From an uncultured Leptospirales bacterium (GTDB taxonomy: Bacteria > Spirochaetota > UBA4802 > JAFGDQ01), in assembly GCA_964626055.1 (NCBI GenBank), contig CAZVDF010000012.1:4972-68971 (forward strand): a DNA stretch of 64,000 nt, in the 5' to 3' direction. A program made the position numbers and the translations under genes. The notes beneath the pieces are model-generated. The model was not told the origin of the DNA. It searched no databases and was given only the letters and a program-made list of their open reading frames with translations. Of this stretch, positions 9,387 through 18,724 are shown in pieces (position 1 is the first letter of the stretch; each line of letters starts with the position of its first letter).

Positions 9387-9812
9387 TTAAGAATATTTAT
9401 ATAGACTTTCGGTAAAATCTTTCCACGCAGACGCAAATATATAAGATATATCGTTCTCGATAAATTTTACAATGTCGCCAAGCCTCTCTTTCGGGAAATA
9501 AGCCAGCGCGCCCGAATCGAAAGCATATCTTAAAATATTCGGATCGGTAGACTCCGTTGAAAGAACTACCGCGTTAAAATTCCTGACAATAGCGGCTTCA
9601 AGAACGTCAAAGCTGCAAACGTCCGCAATATCCACTATTACAAGGTCATAATATCCGGAATTGACTTTGTCGATCGCAACTTCGTATGAGTCCGCTTTAT
9701 CAAAAAAGCAGCTCGGATATGCATATTTAATTTCCTCTTCCATCACGGATAATATATCCCGGTCATTATCAACCGCCAGTATTCTTCTTCCGTTCAATAT
9801 TGAATCTTTCAT
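9387..9812 (-). CDS. Stand-alone CheY-like response-regulator receiver domain protein
   Basis: 141 aa. Acidic pocket (AVDND) and phospho-acceptor Asp in DLVIVD. No output domain. Mod-box immediately upstream. Confidence 0.65.
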   Translation of the reverse strand: MKDSILNGRRILAVDNDRDILSVMEEEIKYAYPSCFFDKADSYEVAIDKVNSGYYDLVIVDIADVCSFDVLEAAIVRNFNAVVLSTESTDPNILRYAFDSGALAYFPKERLGDIVKFIENDISYIFASAWKDFTESLYKYS

Positions 9813-9885
9813 ATATTTTCCTCCGTAATTTTCAAAAGATCAAATTCAAAAATATTTGATAATTCAATTAAATTGCCCTGAACTC

Positions 9886-9935
9886 CATAACGTTATGTTA
9901 ATAAAAACATAACGATTATTGATGTCAATAATAAT
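9886..9935 (+). promoter_or_regulatory. Mod-box module copy 2: CCATAACGTTATGTTAATAAAAACATAACG (three half-sites) then TGTCAATAATAATT, upstream of the receiver gene
   Basis: 24-bp palindrome CGTTATGTTAATAAAAACATAACG at 9891-9914 with perfect GTTATG/CATAAC half-sites. Confidence 0.55.
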
Positions 9936-10065
9936 TATATATTTTTTTAAACAATTTAGAGTACATATGGAAGCCGTCTCAAAATTATATTTTTATATTG
10001 ATGCCGCTGCCCCGGGAGATATTTACAATACCATTAAGATAAACATTAAAATAATAGCACTTAGA

Positions 10066-10105
10066 ATGAAAAACCCTCCTGATTTTTAATAATACAGGAG
10101 GGTTT
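10066..10105 (-). terminator. Rho-independent terminator downstream of the TBDR1-PBP1 operon
   Basis: 9-bp stem AACCCTCCT/AGGAGGGTT with a 15-nt loop, followed on the minus strand by TTTTCATTC. Confidence 0.5.
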
Positions 10106-10211
10106 CAGAAGGAGAATTTTCGAGTTACTTTTTTAAAAAAATTTTAAAATGTTAATGTTTAAAATTATAAGACATTTAAACCTGTTGCTTTGAAAAATAC
10201 TTTTAATCCAG

Positions 10212-11267
10212 TTATACTGGAGGCAGACACTGCAGTATCCTTTCCGCATCCTTATCCGTTATTTTTTTTCCGTAAATATCGGAATAATATGCTTTCATTT
10301 CTTTTATCATGTCGATGTTTTTAAATAATCCGGGATGGAATATCTTTACCATGTATATCATAAGCAGCACGCCTTCATTGCTTGCGTGATCCCATGCGTA
10401 AACGCCCATAGGCATTCGATACACCCTTTTATTCTTAACAGCCCTGAGATTCGCGAACTCCGGGTTTTTCTTTGCAATATCCGTCGAATCAAAATATCCG
10501 CTGAGGAGAATAATATCCGGGTCCCACGAAAGCACCTGTTGCGCGGATGCCTTTGCATGATTATCATCGATCGCTTCCGGCAGAAAGTTGCCCCCGGAAA
10601 CTTCAACGTTCCAGTGCATTACGCTGCCTTTTCCCTGGCTGCCCATCAGGCTGCCGTGCAGGCCGCCGTAATAAACAGAAGGCCTCTTTTTTCTATCTAT
10701 CTTTGATGTTATCGCAAGGATCTGCTTTACTTTTTTATCGAAATACTTATTGTATTTATCCGCTCTTGCTTTTGCGTCCGACCCCAGAAGGTCGCCGAAC
10801 ATCGTCACCTGTCCCTTAAAGTTTTCGATGTAGTCATTTACATTCATTGGTCTTTTTTCGGCTGAGAAAGCGCATACTGTCTTTAAACCGACAGAGCTGT
10901 ATTGTTCGCCTTTTGTCATGCCGGGCGTATAAAGCACGAAATCGATCTTCTCCTTCAGCAGATCCTCAGGTTTAATGCTTTTATTCGCACAGGCCTTTTT
11001 TATTTCCGGGAACAGCCTGTAAGCCCATGGCGATTGTTTTGCCATATGACTTATCCGGTCTCCTTTGCCCAGCGTCATTATTTTCTCCGGGGAAACACAG
11101 TGCATGCACGCGATCTTTTTCGGATCAGCCGGAATTTCGACCTTGTTTCCACACATGTCAGTTATTATTTTATTTTCTCCGGCATAAAGCGGAGAGCCAG
11201 TCCTGCTCATGCCAAAAGAAATGCCTAAAAGCATTATAATTGAATAAATAAGAATTGTTTTTTTCAT
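10212..11267 (-). CDS. Periplasmic substrate-binding protein of a siderophore/cobalamin-type ABC system (FecB/BtuF, Peripla_BP_2 family)
   Basis: Signal peptide. 351 aa. Family pattern: …DPDIILLSGYF…; C-terminal region similar to the PBP at 17672 and the pseudogene fragment at 21898. Confidence 0.75.
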   Translation of the reverse strand: MKKTILIYSIIMLLGISFGMSRTGSPLYAGENKIITDMCGNKVEIPADPKKIACMHCVSPEKIMTLGKGDRISHMAKQSPWAYRLFPEIKKACANKSIKPEDLLKEKIDFVLYTPGMTKGEQYSSVGLKTVCAFSAEKRPMNVNDYIENFKGQVTMFGDLLGSDAKARADKYNKYFDKKVKQILAITSKIDRKKRPSVYYGGLHGSLMGSQGKGSVMHWNVEVSGGNFLPEAIDDNHAKASAQQVLSWDPDIILLSGYFDSTDIAKKNPEFANLRAVKNKRVYRMPMGVYAWDHASNEGVLLMIYMVKIFHPGLFKNIDMIKEMKAYYSDIYGKKITDKDAERILQCLPPV

Positions 11268-11382
11268 TTTATAAAAGCTCCACGTATATTTTCCTGTTCA
11301 TTTATAAAGATATCCGGGTGAGGAAAAATTTATAAAATCATTGTTTTATTATCCCCACCAAGGATAAATTTATATTTTTAAG

Positions 11383-13818
11383 TTATAACTCCGCACTTAA
11401 ACCGAAGAAGAACTGCCTTCCGGGGCCCGGGTTGAACGGGTCAATATCATAATCATCTAAAATATTTCTGCAAAGCACGTAAGCCTCATATTTATCTAAT
11501 ACTTTTTGTGAAATTTTTACATTGAACATTATCGGATCATGCAGCTCGACTTTTTTATAATATGCCGTTGAAAAAGAATTAGACGCCGTAGGATTACTTG
11601 CCATTGCATATCTCACAGCTTTAGCCATATATTCTCCGAATATATTCAGAGAAGTTTTCGTAAAGAAATCGAATCTTAAATCCGCAACAAATTGATGCTG
11701 AGGAACGGAAGTCGTACCATTTGTGCTTGTAGGTATATCGCCTTTATTTATTGCCGAATTAGCGCTGTTTTCCAAATTCTTAAGCCTGAGGTATGTGTAA
11801 GTAAGACTGATATTAAGATCCATTACCCTGTCTATTAAGTCTTTAAGTTTTCCGTTTGCGATTAATTCAACACCCTGATGAGTTTCTCCCTTTGTATTTG
11901 TATAAAGCTTGTTCCCGGTTACATTAGGATCATATATTGTAGCCAGCTTATCCTTAAATTTTGTGTAAAAGTAATCGGTGCGTAAGCTAACTGTCCTTTG
12001 CAACAGGAAAAATTCAGGGCCTATATTTGTATTATATGATTTTTCAGGTTTTAAACCGTCGTCCGTAACTTCCGAAGCCACATTGGCATATTGCGACATG
12101 GTCGGAAGCTTGGTCTTCTGTGAGAAGGAACCGCGCAGCAATAGAAAATTCTTAAGAGGTTCATAAGTGACTCCGACTACAGGATTAAATGAATCCCTCG
12201 TCCCCCATATAGCCGAATCCTCTTTGGCGATGTACTGGTCTTCCATATTAGGATAAAAATATGTTACGCGTCCGGCTGTCCTTGTAACATTTCTTTTCTT
12301 ATAATCCATGAATTTTTGGGCGTCGTAAGATATTCCGGCGCTTATGTTAACCGGCAAACTTAAAGCCGGATTGAGATTAATTTCATCCTCCAGTGCGACC
12401 GTGAGCTGTTCCATGGTCATGCGTTTTGTGTCGAAGTAGTCATAACCGGCTAATGCATATGCTGCGTCAGCGCTGCCTAATCCTGTTCCGACAAATCTTT
12501 TATCAGCCTGTTCCCTTTCAACATGTTTATCCCATCGGAAAAGAATAGAATTATTGAGTTTATTCCAGTTTGCAAGCTTATAAGAGGGAAAAATATTAAA
12601 ACCGGCAGATGTATTTTTCCAATTGGAATGATCGCCTCCCCAGCTTGTTACGGGCGTGGTCTCATCGGCGTCTATATAACCATCAAGAACTTCATTATTA
12701 TAAGTATAAAATACATTTCCTTTTAAAGAAAAATCTTCTTTTTCATAATTTAAATAAGGTGCCGCAGTTATTGAATATACGTCCCGCCAGTTAAATGCAG
12801 TTGCGCTCAATTTAAAGGTATTTGAAGAAGCTGAGTTCGACCATGCGCCGTTAGATGTCTCTTCAGTATTAGTCAGTGAATTGCTGTATCTCTTTGATTC
12901 ACTCTGAGTATAATTTGCCGTAATACCTGTTTCAAGGCCTTTAAAAAAAGAATATCCGGTTTTTCCTGAAATATTATATTTAAACATTTCCTGATGAGGC
13001 CATTCGCCGGTATCATTTAAATATTTATCGAGCGCGTACTGGGAGGCTGCAGAAGAATCCATTGTGTATCCCAGGGATGGATATAACTTATTGAACCATT
13101 TTAAACGTTCCGATTTATCCAGCTTTTTGGAGACTTCAAAAGAAGCTTCTTTTGAGACATTGGCTGTCAGCCAATAATAGAAATCATTTAAAGCCATTCC
13201 CTGGGCTGCATTAATAGTATAATCCCCATTAATACCATACTCGATACCTCCTTTTGCGTATAAATCCGTAGGCCTCTTTGAAATTATATTTATTGATCCG
13301 ACCGTCCCCAGACTTCCATATAGGGCGGAAGAGGTACCGCGATTAATAATGATTTCCGAAGCATCCATTACAGGGATTTTTGAAATATCGACATTTGCCT
13401 CATAAACATCGGCTATCGGAATACCGTCGACCAGCAGGGCGACATAAGGCATTTCAAATCCTCTCAGGTAAAAACGTTTATGACCTTTTCCATGTTGAAA
13501 TGTAATAAAACCCGGAACTAATTTCAGTGAATCGCTAAGATCTCTGTCACCATGCGCTTTAATATCCTCCGCTGTCAATATTGAAGTAGTGGTCGCGTTT
13601 TCGATATTTGCGATCCTTTTCTGTTTTACCACGATCTCGCCAATGGTAAACGGCTCGGTTTTTTGTTTTTCGGCTTTCGTCGAATCTGTTTTTTTCTCTT
13701 CTGTCTGTATTTGCGCAGGCTGATCCTGTACTGCCTGTGCATCCAGATTCATTACTGAAATTGACAGAAGAAATAAAGAACTCAATAAAAATGCTGAAAA
13801 TCTCTTCATAATCAACAA
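11383..13818 (-). CDS. TonB-dependent outer-membrane receptor (TBDR1)
   Basis: 811 aa. Signal peptide. TonB-box-like EPFTIGEIVV near the N-terminus. Plug then a long beta-barrel with amphipathic strands. Mod-box directly upstream. Confidence 0.8.
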   Translation of the reverse strand: MLIMKRFSAFLLSSLFLLSISVMNLDAQAVQDQPAQIQTEEKKTDSTKAEKQKTEPFTIGEIVVKQKRIANIENATTTSILTAEDIKAHGDRDLSDSLKLVPGFITFQHGKGHKRFYLRGFEMPYVALLVDGIPIADVYEANVDISKIPVMDASEIIINRGTSSALYGSLGTVGSINIISKRPTDLYAKGGIEYGINGDYTINAAQGMALNDFYYWLTANVSKEASFEVSKKLDKSERLKWFNKLYPSLGYTMDSSAASQYALDKYLNDTGEWPHQEMFKYNISGKTGYSFFKGLETGITANYTQSESKRYSNSLTNTEETSNGAWSNSASSNTFKLSATAFNWRDVYSITAAPYLNYEKEDFSLKGNVFYTYNNEVLDGYIDADETTPVTSWGGDHSNWKNTSAGFNIFPSYKLANWNKLNNSILFRWDKHVEREQADKRFVGTGLGSADAAYALAGYDYFDTKRMTMEQLTVALEDEINLNPALSLPVNISAGISYDAQKFMDYKKRNVTRTAGRVTYFYPNMEDQYIAKEDSAIWGTRDSFNPVVGVTYEPLKNFLLLRGSFSQKTKLPTMSQYANVASEVTDDGLKPEKSYNTNIGPEFFLLQRTVSLRTDYFYTKFKDKLATIYDPNVTGNKLYTNTKGETHQGVELIANGKLKDLIDRVMDLNISLTYTYLRLKNLENSANSAINKGDIPTSTNGTTSVPQHQFVADLRFDFFTKTSLNIFGEYMAKAVRYAMASNPTASNSFSTAYYKKVELHDPIMFNVKISQKVLDKYEAYVLCRNILDDYDIDPFNPGPGRQFFFGLSAEL

Positions 13819-13843
13819 ACCTCCCTAAATGTTAGTAATCATT

Positions 13844-13890
13844 CGATATGTCCAAAAAAACATAGCGTTTATATATGTCAATATATATTT
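13844..13890 (+). promoter_or_regulatory. Mod-box module copy 3: CGATATGTCCAAAAAAACATAGCG then TGTCAATATATATTTT, 26 bp upstream of the TBDR1 start
   Basis: Matches the module consensus (2 mismatches in half-sites). Confidence 0.55.
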
Positions 13891-13984
13891 TGTTATTTTT
13901 GACATTTTTAGTAATTTTGCAGATCTGAAGGCGCAAAAAAATAGCAGGGAGTGGAATTCATCTGTCCGGAAATAGTCAAAAAGG

Positions 13985-14025
13985 GACCTCCCAGGCCGGG
14001 GGATGTCCCTTTTAAAAAGAGATAA
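13985..14025. terminator. GC-rich hairpin GGGACCTCCCAGGCCGGGGGATGTCCC flanked by T/A runs on both strands, between tonB (end) and the TBDR1 promoter region; possible bidirectional terminator
   Basis: Stem GGGAC/GTCCC plus an inner CCC/GGG pairing, followed by TTTTAAAAAG on the plus strand and TTTTGAC on the minus strand. Confidence 0.35.
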
Positions 14026-14254
14026 CAAAATGAGATTCATTTATCATTATGTAAAATTTAACATATCGCGAATTCCTGTCGACAAATTTTTTAAAAAATA
14101 TATTTAAAACTTATGTTCTGTACGCGATGTATTGTAAAAACGGAATTGGGCGATCAGGCTTTTCTGGTAATCGCTTTCCTCAGCATGGGCGGAAGCGTCC
14201 GGAAATAAAAGCAGCAGGCAGAATATCTGTTTCATCGGTATGTTCTCCTTTATT

Positions 14255-14914
14255 TCAGTCCTGCAGCGTGAACACTATAGGAAGGCGCACCACCATCTTT
14301 ACGGGTTTACCGCTTTTTTTACCGGGCCGAAAGCGCATTCTCGCGAGCACTTTCATCGCGGCGTCGTCGAATCCGTATCCGGCGTTCGCGGACAGGACTT
14401 TTGACTTGTTGATCGCTCCGTTGTCGTTGACCTGGACTTCCACAATAACCGTGCTCCGCGTAATGTTCGCCGATCTGGCCGCTTTCGGGAAATATTCGTC
14501 GGGATTGAAATCAATGATAGGCACAGGCGGACGCTCCGCCAGGTCCGCGAACATGTATCCGTCCTGGTCTGTGCCTGTACCCGAAAGCTTGTTTATGTTC
14601 ACATCGACATTCTCCGCGTCAGCCTTGCCTTCGCCCGTGCCCTCGACCCATTCTTCCTTCTGTACCGGCGCCGGGTTAGTGTCGCCGCCAAGGATTATCG
14701 ATTCCGGAATATCGATAAAATCGACTTCTACATTTTTATTCGCGAGTTCGCTTCCGTCGAAAACCATTTCTTTATTGGACGCGAAAGCGACAATTGCAGG
14801 AAAATAATATATAATAATAATTATAACATGAAGCGCGAACGAGCCGGTAAAGCACCGTTTAAAAAGATCCATTTTTTTGAACCGCCGAATTATTTTTCCG
14901 ATCTTATTATTCAT
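14255..14914 (-). CDS. tonB: TonB energy-transducer protein
   Basis: N-terminal TM anchor, Pro/Glu-rich spacer, C-terminal TonB_C-like domain (…AMKVLARMRFRPGKKSGKPV…). 219 aa. Follows exbB/exbD. Confidence 0.7.
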   Translation of the reverse strand: MNNKIGKIIRRFKKMDLFKRCFTGSFALHVIIIIIYYFPAIVAFASNKEMVFDGSELANKNVEVDFIDIPESIILGGDTNPAPVQKEEWVEGTGEGKADAENVDVNINKLSGTGTDQDGYMFADLAERPPVPIIDFNPDEYFPKAARSANITRSTVIVEVQVNDNGAINKSKVLSANAGYGFDDAAMKVLARMRFRPGKKSGKPVKMVVRLPIVFTLQD

Positions 14915-14930
14915 AATTCAACCCCCGGAA

Positions 14931-15332
14931 TTAACGTTTTACGGACAGGGCTATCCTCGTAACGCCCGCCTGGCGGATCAATCCCATCGCGTACGCTATT
15001 TTGCCGTATGAAAGCCTTTCGTCCGCGGAAAGCGTCACCCTCATGTTGGGCCTGTATTTCGCTTCCTGAGTAAGCTTAACAAGCATTCTGTCTTCCGTGA
15101 TCTCGCTATCTTCCATCAGCAGTTTGCCGTTTACCGTCAGGGCGATCTGCACCGACTTCTGAATGTTCGGATCGGCCGCGTTGGCCTTTGGAAGATTGAT
15201 GTTTACGGATTCCATTTTCAGGAAGTTGGCCGTTACCATGAATATTACGAGAAGCACGAGAAGAACATCTACCATAGGAGTAATATTGATATAACCGATC
15301 TCGTCGCTCTCGGAGTTTGAATACATTGCCAT
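14931..15332 (-). CDS. exbD: ExbD/TolR biopolymer transport protein
   Basis: 133 aa, single TM (…PMVDVLLVLLVIFMV…), ExbD periplasmic domain. Confidence 0.8.
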   Translation of the reverse strand: MAMYSNSESDEIGYINITPMVDVLLVLLVIFMVTANFLKMESVNINLPKANAADPNIQKSVQIALTVNGKLLMEDSEITEDRMLVKLTQEAKYRPNMRVTLSADERLSYGKIAYAMGLIRQAGVTRIALSVKR

Positions 15333-15394
15333 AATTTATTACCTCCTTATTAAAATAATAGCTTATCCGATATATTTTTATATAATGGATAAAC

Positions 15395-15522
15395 ATTAAT
15401 GATAGAATGATCAGATTTAATTAATTTTAAGGCAACATGGATGTTGCCGACCGCCGAAGAGTCCATGGATGGGATATTTGAGGCGGAAAATTGATTAGAT
15501 CTGATCATTCTATCAACAGTGT
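15395..15522. repeat. MITE-like palindromic element, family 1, copy B, inserted between exbB and exbD (TIRs CATTAATGATAGAATGATCAGAT / ATCTGATCATTCTATCAACAGTG; core hairpin GGCAACATGGATGTTGCC)
   Basis: The core is the reverse complement of the core at 8985-9052. Confidence 0.6.
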
Positions 15523-15552
15523 TAAAAAATTAATGTAATAAAAGTTAGTATA

Positions 15553-16185
15553 TCAGTTTATTTTCTTCCCCTTCGCACTGAGATTGGCGCTGATCTCTTT
15601 TGAAAATATCTCAAGGTGCTGGATAATGACCTTTACTTTTTTCGAAAAATAGTTGTTTGCCATGACGACCGGTATGGCTATAAAAAGCCCGAACGCTGTC
15701 GCGTACAGCGCCTTGGAAATGCTCCGCATCACCACTTCCGCGCCCGTGCTCCCCAGAGTTCCCAGCCCGTAGAACGCCTTGATGACTCCAAGCACCGTGC
15801 CCAGAAGACCTATGAACGGGGCGTTATTCCCCAGCGTGTTCAGGATCGTCAGCCTCTTTTCCATAAATATCTTCTCTTCAATAATTTTTCCGGACATGAG
15901 CTCCGGTAGGCTGCCCTCGTCATTTTTAGCATGATCTATTGAAAATTGCGCGAACCTGGTATACGCGTTATCGCCTGCCGCTTTTATCAGATCGGCTGAT
16001 GTTTTAAGATCGCGCTTTCTGAAAAGAGCTATCAATTCCTCCGCGAATGCGGTAATCTTTTTATTGGAATTCTTATTGAATACCATTGCTCTTTCAATTC
16101 CGACGGCAAGCGCAACTATGCTCGCGAGAATGAGCATTGAGAAAACAATTATTTCGCCGTAATCCACTAATATCAATTCGTACAT
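15553..16185 (-). CDS. exbB: ExbB/TolQ/MotA-family proton-channel protein
   Basis: 210 aa, three TM helices, conserved MotA_ExbB region (…LGTVLGVIKAF…). Confidence 0.8.
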   Translation of the reverse strand: MYELILVDYGEIIVFSMLILASIVALAVGIERAMVFNKNSNKKITAFAEELIALFRKRDLKTSADLIKAAGDNAYTRFAQFSIDHAKNDEGSLPELMSGKIIEEKIFMEKRLTILNTLGNNAPFIGLLGTVLGVIKAFYGLGTLGSTGAEVVMRSISKALYATAFGLFIAIPVVMANNYFSKKVKVIIQHLEIFSKEISANLSAKGKKIN

Positions 16186-16233
16186 GTCGTTCTTCCTTAA
16201 ATTTGACTTATATAGTTTTATATTGCCATCTCA

Positions 16234-17568
16234 TTAAATAATGGGGTGCTCCTGCCGCCAATCCAGAGGCAGAACTTTTATTGTATCCCCGGCTTTTACC
16301 GCGGAACCTGCCGGAATGATAGCGAGCGAGTTTGCGGCCGCCATTGAAGCTATCATGCCCAGTCTGTCGCCAAGTCCAAGTATTACCCGGTATTCGCCCT
16401 TAACTTTTTCCAGGCGTGAATACTTTACAAATGCCATGCCCATTCTTTGAGGCGTCGAATCCATGGCCGTTGCGTCCACCGCAGGATGTCCTGTTTCCGC
16501 GATACCTCTCATTTTAAGAAGAGCGGGCCTTACAAGAGTCTCGAAATTGATTATACAGCCCGCAGGCGGGCCTGCAAGGGAAAAGACCGGGATTGCTTTT
16601 TTCCCGCCATCCCGGGAAAAATTACTGATTACGCCGAACGCTACCGCCGCTCCGGGGCCCATTTTAATTTTGGAAAAAATTACTTTACCAAGTTTCCCAA
16701 CTACAAGCCTTACCAGGTCGTAATCGCCCTTGGACACTCCGCCGCTTGTGATCACGACATCCGCCGTTACCCCGGTCGGGATTTTCGATAAAATAGCGTC
16801 TTCTTTATCCCGTGCGATACCCAGTATCCTTGGTATGCCTCCGTAGTGCGAGACAAGAGAAGAGATCGTAGCGGTATTGGAATTATAAGTTTTACCGCGT
16901 GACAACGGCCTGCCGGGTTTGATAAGTTCGTCCCCCGTGGCTATTATGGCAACAACCGGACGACGCACTACTTTAATCCAGGCCTTTCCGATGGACGCAA
17001 GCGCGGAGATCTGTGTCGGGCCGATAACCGTTCCTTTCTGCACAATAAGGGCGCCTTTTTTTACATTGCTTCCTGCAGGACGAATGCTGTCCCCGGGATT
17101 CGCTTTCACATAAATCTTTACGTATGAGGGCTTATTTCTGTTGGGCCCGTTTTTATTACCGGGCTCGTCGGTATCCTCAAAACGCACCACGCAATCCGCT
17201 CCTTCCGGGACTACCGAACCGGTCATGATACGAATGGCCGTCCCGGGAGTGACTTCAGTCCGGATGAGGCGCCCTGCCCGCGCCGTAGCCGCTATTCTCA
17301 ATACTGCTGGATTCTGCGCGGAGGCATCTCCGATATCTTCCGACCTCACCGCATAGCCGTCCGGGCCGGAAATGGAAGCCTGGGGCAGATCGAAATTGGA
17401 ATAAATATTTTCCGCGAGCACCTGGCCTGCGGATTTGACAATCGGCCTCTCCTCTTCTCCTATGACGAATGTATTCTTTAAAACAATTTCCAGCGCGTCT
17501 TCATAATTTATGGCGGTCTTTTCTTTACCCTTCCGAATTGTTTTAACGACATCCCGTGATTTTGTCAT
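16234..17568 (-). CDS. moeA: Molybdopterin molybdotransferase MoeA (Moco biosynthesis, Mo/W insertion)
   Basis: 444 aa. MoeA N/linker domains, MoCF_biosynth domain with GGVSKGDYD, MoeA C-terminal domain. RBS GGAGG. Confidence 0.85.
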   Translation of the reverse strand: MTKSRDVVKTIRKGKEKTAINYEDALEIVLKNTFVIGEEERPIVKSAGQVLAENIYSNFDLPQASISGPDGYAVRSEDIGDASAQNPAVLRIAATARAGRLIRTEVTPGTAIRIMTGSVVPEGADCVVRFEDTDEPGNKNGPNRNKPSYVKIYVKANPGDSIRPAGSNVKKGALIVQKGTVIGPTQISALASIGKAWIKVVRRPVVAIIATGDELIKPGRPLSRGKTYNSNTATISSLVSHYGGIPRILGIARDKEDAILSKIPTGVTADVVITSGGVSKGDYDLVRLVVGKLGKVIFSKIKMGPGAAVAFGVISNFSRDGGKKAIPVFSLAGPPAGCIINFETLVRPALLKMRGIAETGHPAVDATAMDSTPQRMGMAFVKYSRLEKVKGEYRVILGLGDRLGMIASMAAANSLAIIPAGSAVKAGDTIKVLPLDWRQEHPII

Positions 17569-17590
17569 GCTGCCTCCATTATAATATATA

Positions 17591-17638
17591 CGTTATGTCA
17601 AAAAAAACATAACCTGGATGCTTGTCAAGGTATTTTTA
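17591..17638 (+). promoter_or_regulatory. Mod-box module copy 4 (best consensus): CGTTATGTCAAAAAAAACATAAC then CTTGTCAAGGTATTTTTAAA, 23 bp upstream of the moeA start
   Basis: Perfect inverted half-sites GTTATG/CATAAC. Resembles the E. coli ModE operator architecture (from memory: CGTTATATT…TACATAACG). Confidence 0.6.
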
Positions 17639-17671
17639 AATAAATTTTAGAACATTTATTGAGTGAAAGGC

Positions 17672-18724
17672 TTATTCTATTCCGCCCGCAAGAATAGTCT
17701 TAATATCGCTATCGGAAAGTTTATAGTCAAAAAAACGCCGGTAAAAAGACCGTACCTCATCTTCAATGCTGATATGTCTGAATCTATCCGGATAAAACAT
17801 CTTTGCTGCCCATAAAACGGTTAATGCCTGTTCGACTGTTCTCTGCCCCCATGAATGAGCCCCCATCGGAATAGAATATACCTTCTTATTTATTACTGCA
17901 TGCGTTCCTGAAAGCCTTTTATCTTTATATATTTTTGATATCTCCGACGGTGAAGCGACTATCATAATATCCGGATTCCAGATTAGCACTTGCTCATGTG
18001 AAAAAGACACTTTCCCTGTTCTTTTAATTCCAGCAGTCACACTTATTCCTCCCGCTTCCTTGATCCACCAGTCAGCGATGAGTAGCGGCGTTGTTAAAGT
18101 ATCCGGGCTAAAATACAGCACCACGGGCATCTCATTTTTCGAAATTCCGCTTAAACGATTCCTGATATTTTTCATCGATACTTCAAAATATAATAAATAC
18201 TCTTTCGTCCTTATCATACGATCCAGCAGGTTTCCCAAAATTTTCATATTCGATAAAATTTCCGAAGAGTCTCTCCATTCTATAAAAACAACCGGCATCC
18301 TGTAACGTTCCAGCATATTAACCATAAACATGTCCATGGTAATAACCACATCCGGATTCAACTTAAACAAAACTTCCATATTGAGATCGCGACTCTGCCC
18401 CTGGATCATCGGCTGTTTTGCCAGATGAGGCGCAATAGCAGTCTGCATATTGTATCTATTCGATTTTGCAAATAATGGGAGACCGTTAACAATTTTTTTT
18501 CCTTCACCGAGCGCAAATAGATAGCTATTAATTACAGGGACTGAACCTACGGTTGCGATCCGGGAGATTTTATACGGTACAATGACTTTTCGTCCCGCCA
18601 TATCTATGATGGATTTACTGTGCGGGATTTCTTCCGTAATCAATTCATTTGCCGATAATCCATTGTGCCACAGGCTGCATATGCATGTAAGCGTAAACAG
18701 CAATTTTAAAAAAACAGCTTTCAT
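17672..18724 (-). CDS. Periplasmic substrate-binding protein, FecB/BtuF (Peripla_BP_2) family, second copy
   Basis: Start refined to MKAVFLKLLFTLTCICSLW (signal peptide). C-terminal …IPMGAHSWGQRTVEQALTVLWAAKMFYPDRF…; the ORF-track N-terminal extension to 18820 is unlikely. Confidence 0.75.
   Translation of the reverse strand: MKAVFLKLLFTLTCICSLWHNGLSANELITEEIPHSKSIIDMAGRKVIVPYKISRIATVGSVPVINSYLFALGEGKKIVNGLPLFAKSNRYNMQTAIAPHLAKQPMIQGQSRDLNMEVLFKLNPDVVITMDMFMVNMLERYRMPVVFIEWRDSSEILSNMKILGNLLDRMIRTKEYLLYFEVSMKNIRNRLSGISKNEMPVVLYFSPDTLTTPLLIADWWIKEAGGISVTAGIKRTGKVSFSHEQVLIWNPDIMIVASPSEISKIYKDKRLSGTHAVINKKVYSIPMGAHSWGQRTVEQALTVLWAAKMFYPDRFRHISIEDEVRSFYRRFFDYKLSDSDIKTILAGGIE

Noticed and set aside
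9967-10089. 40-codon plus-strand ORF (MEAVSKLYFYIDAAAPGDIYNTIKINIKIIALRMKNPPDF) downstream of Mod-box 2
   Set aside because: No RBS. Its 3' end is the stem of the minus-strand terminator. Probably fortuitous. Kept only as a remote possibility if the Mod-box module is a rightward promoter.
13825-14040. 71-aa minus-strand ORF overlapping Mod-box 3 and the bidirectional hairpin
   Set aside because: Translation of regulatory and repeat DNA; no RBS
17591-17650. Assigning a definite sigma-70 -35/-10 and transcription direction to the TGTCAAG box of the Mod-box module
   Set aside because: The box reads as TTGTCA/TTGACA on both strands. Spacing to plausible -10 hexamers is inconsistent between copies. 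Orientation is constant while gene strand varies. Left unresolved rather than asserted.
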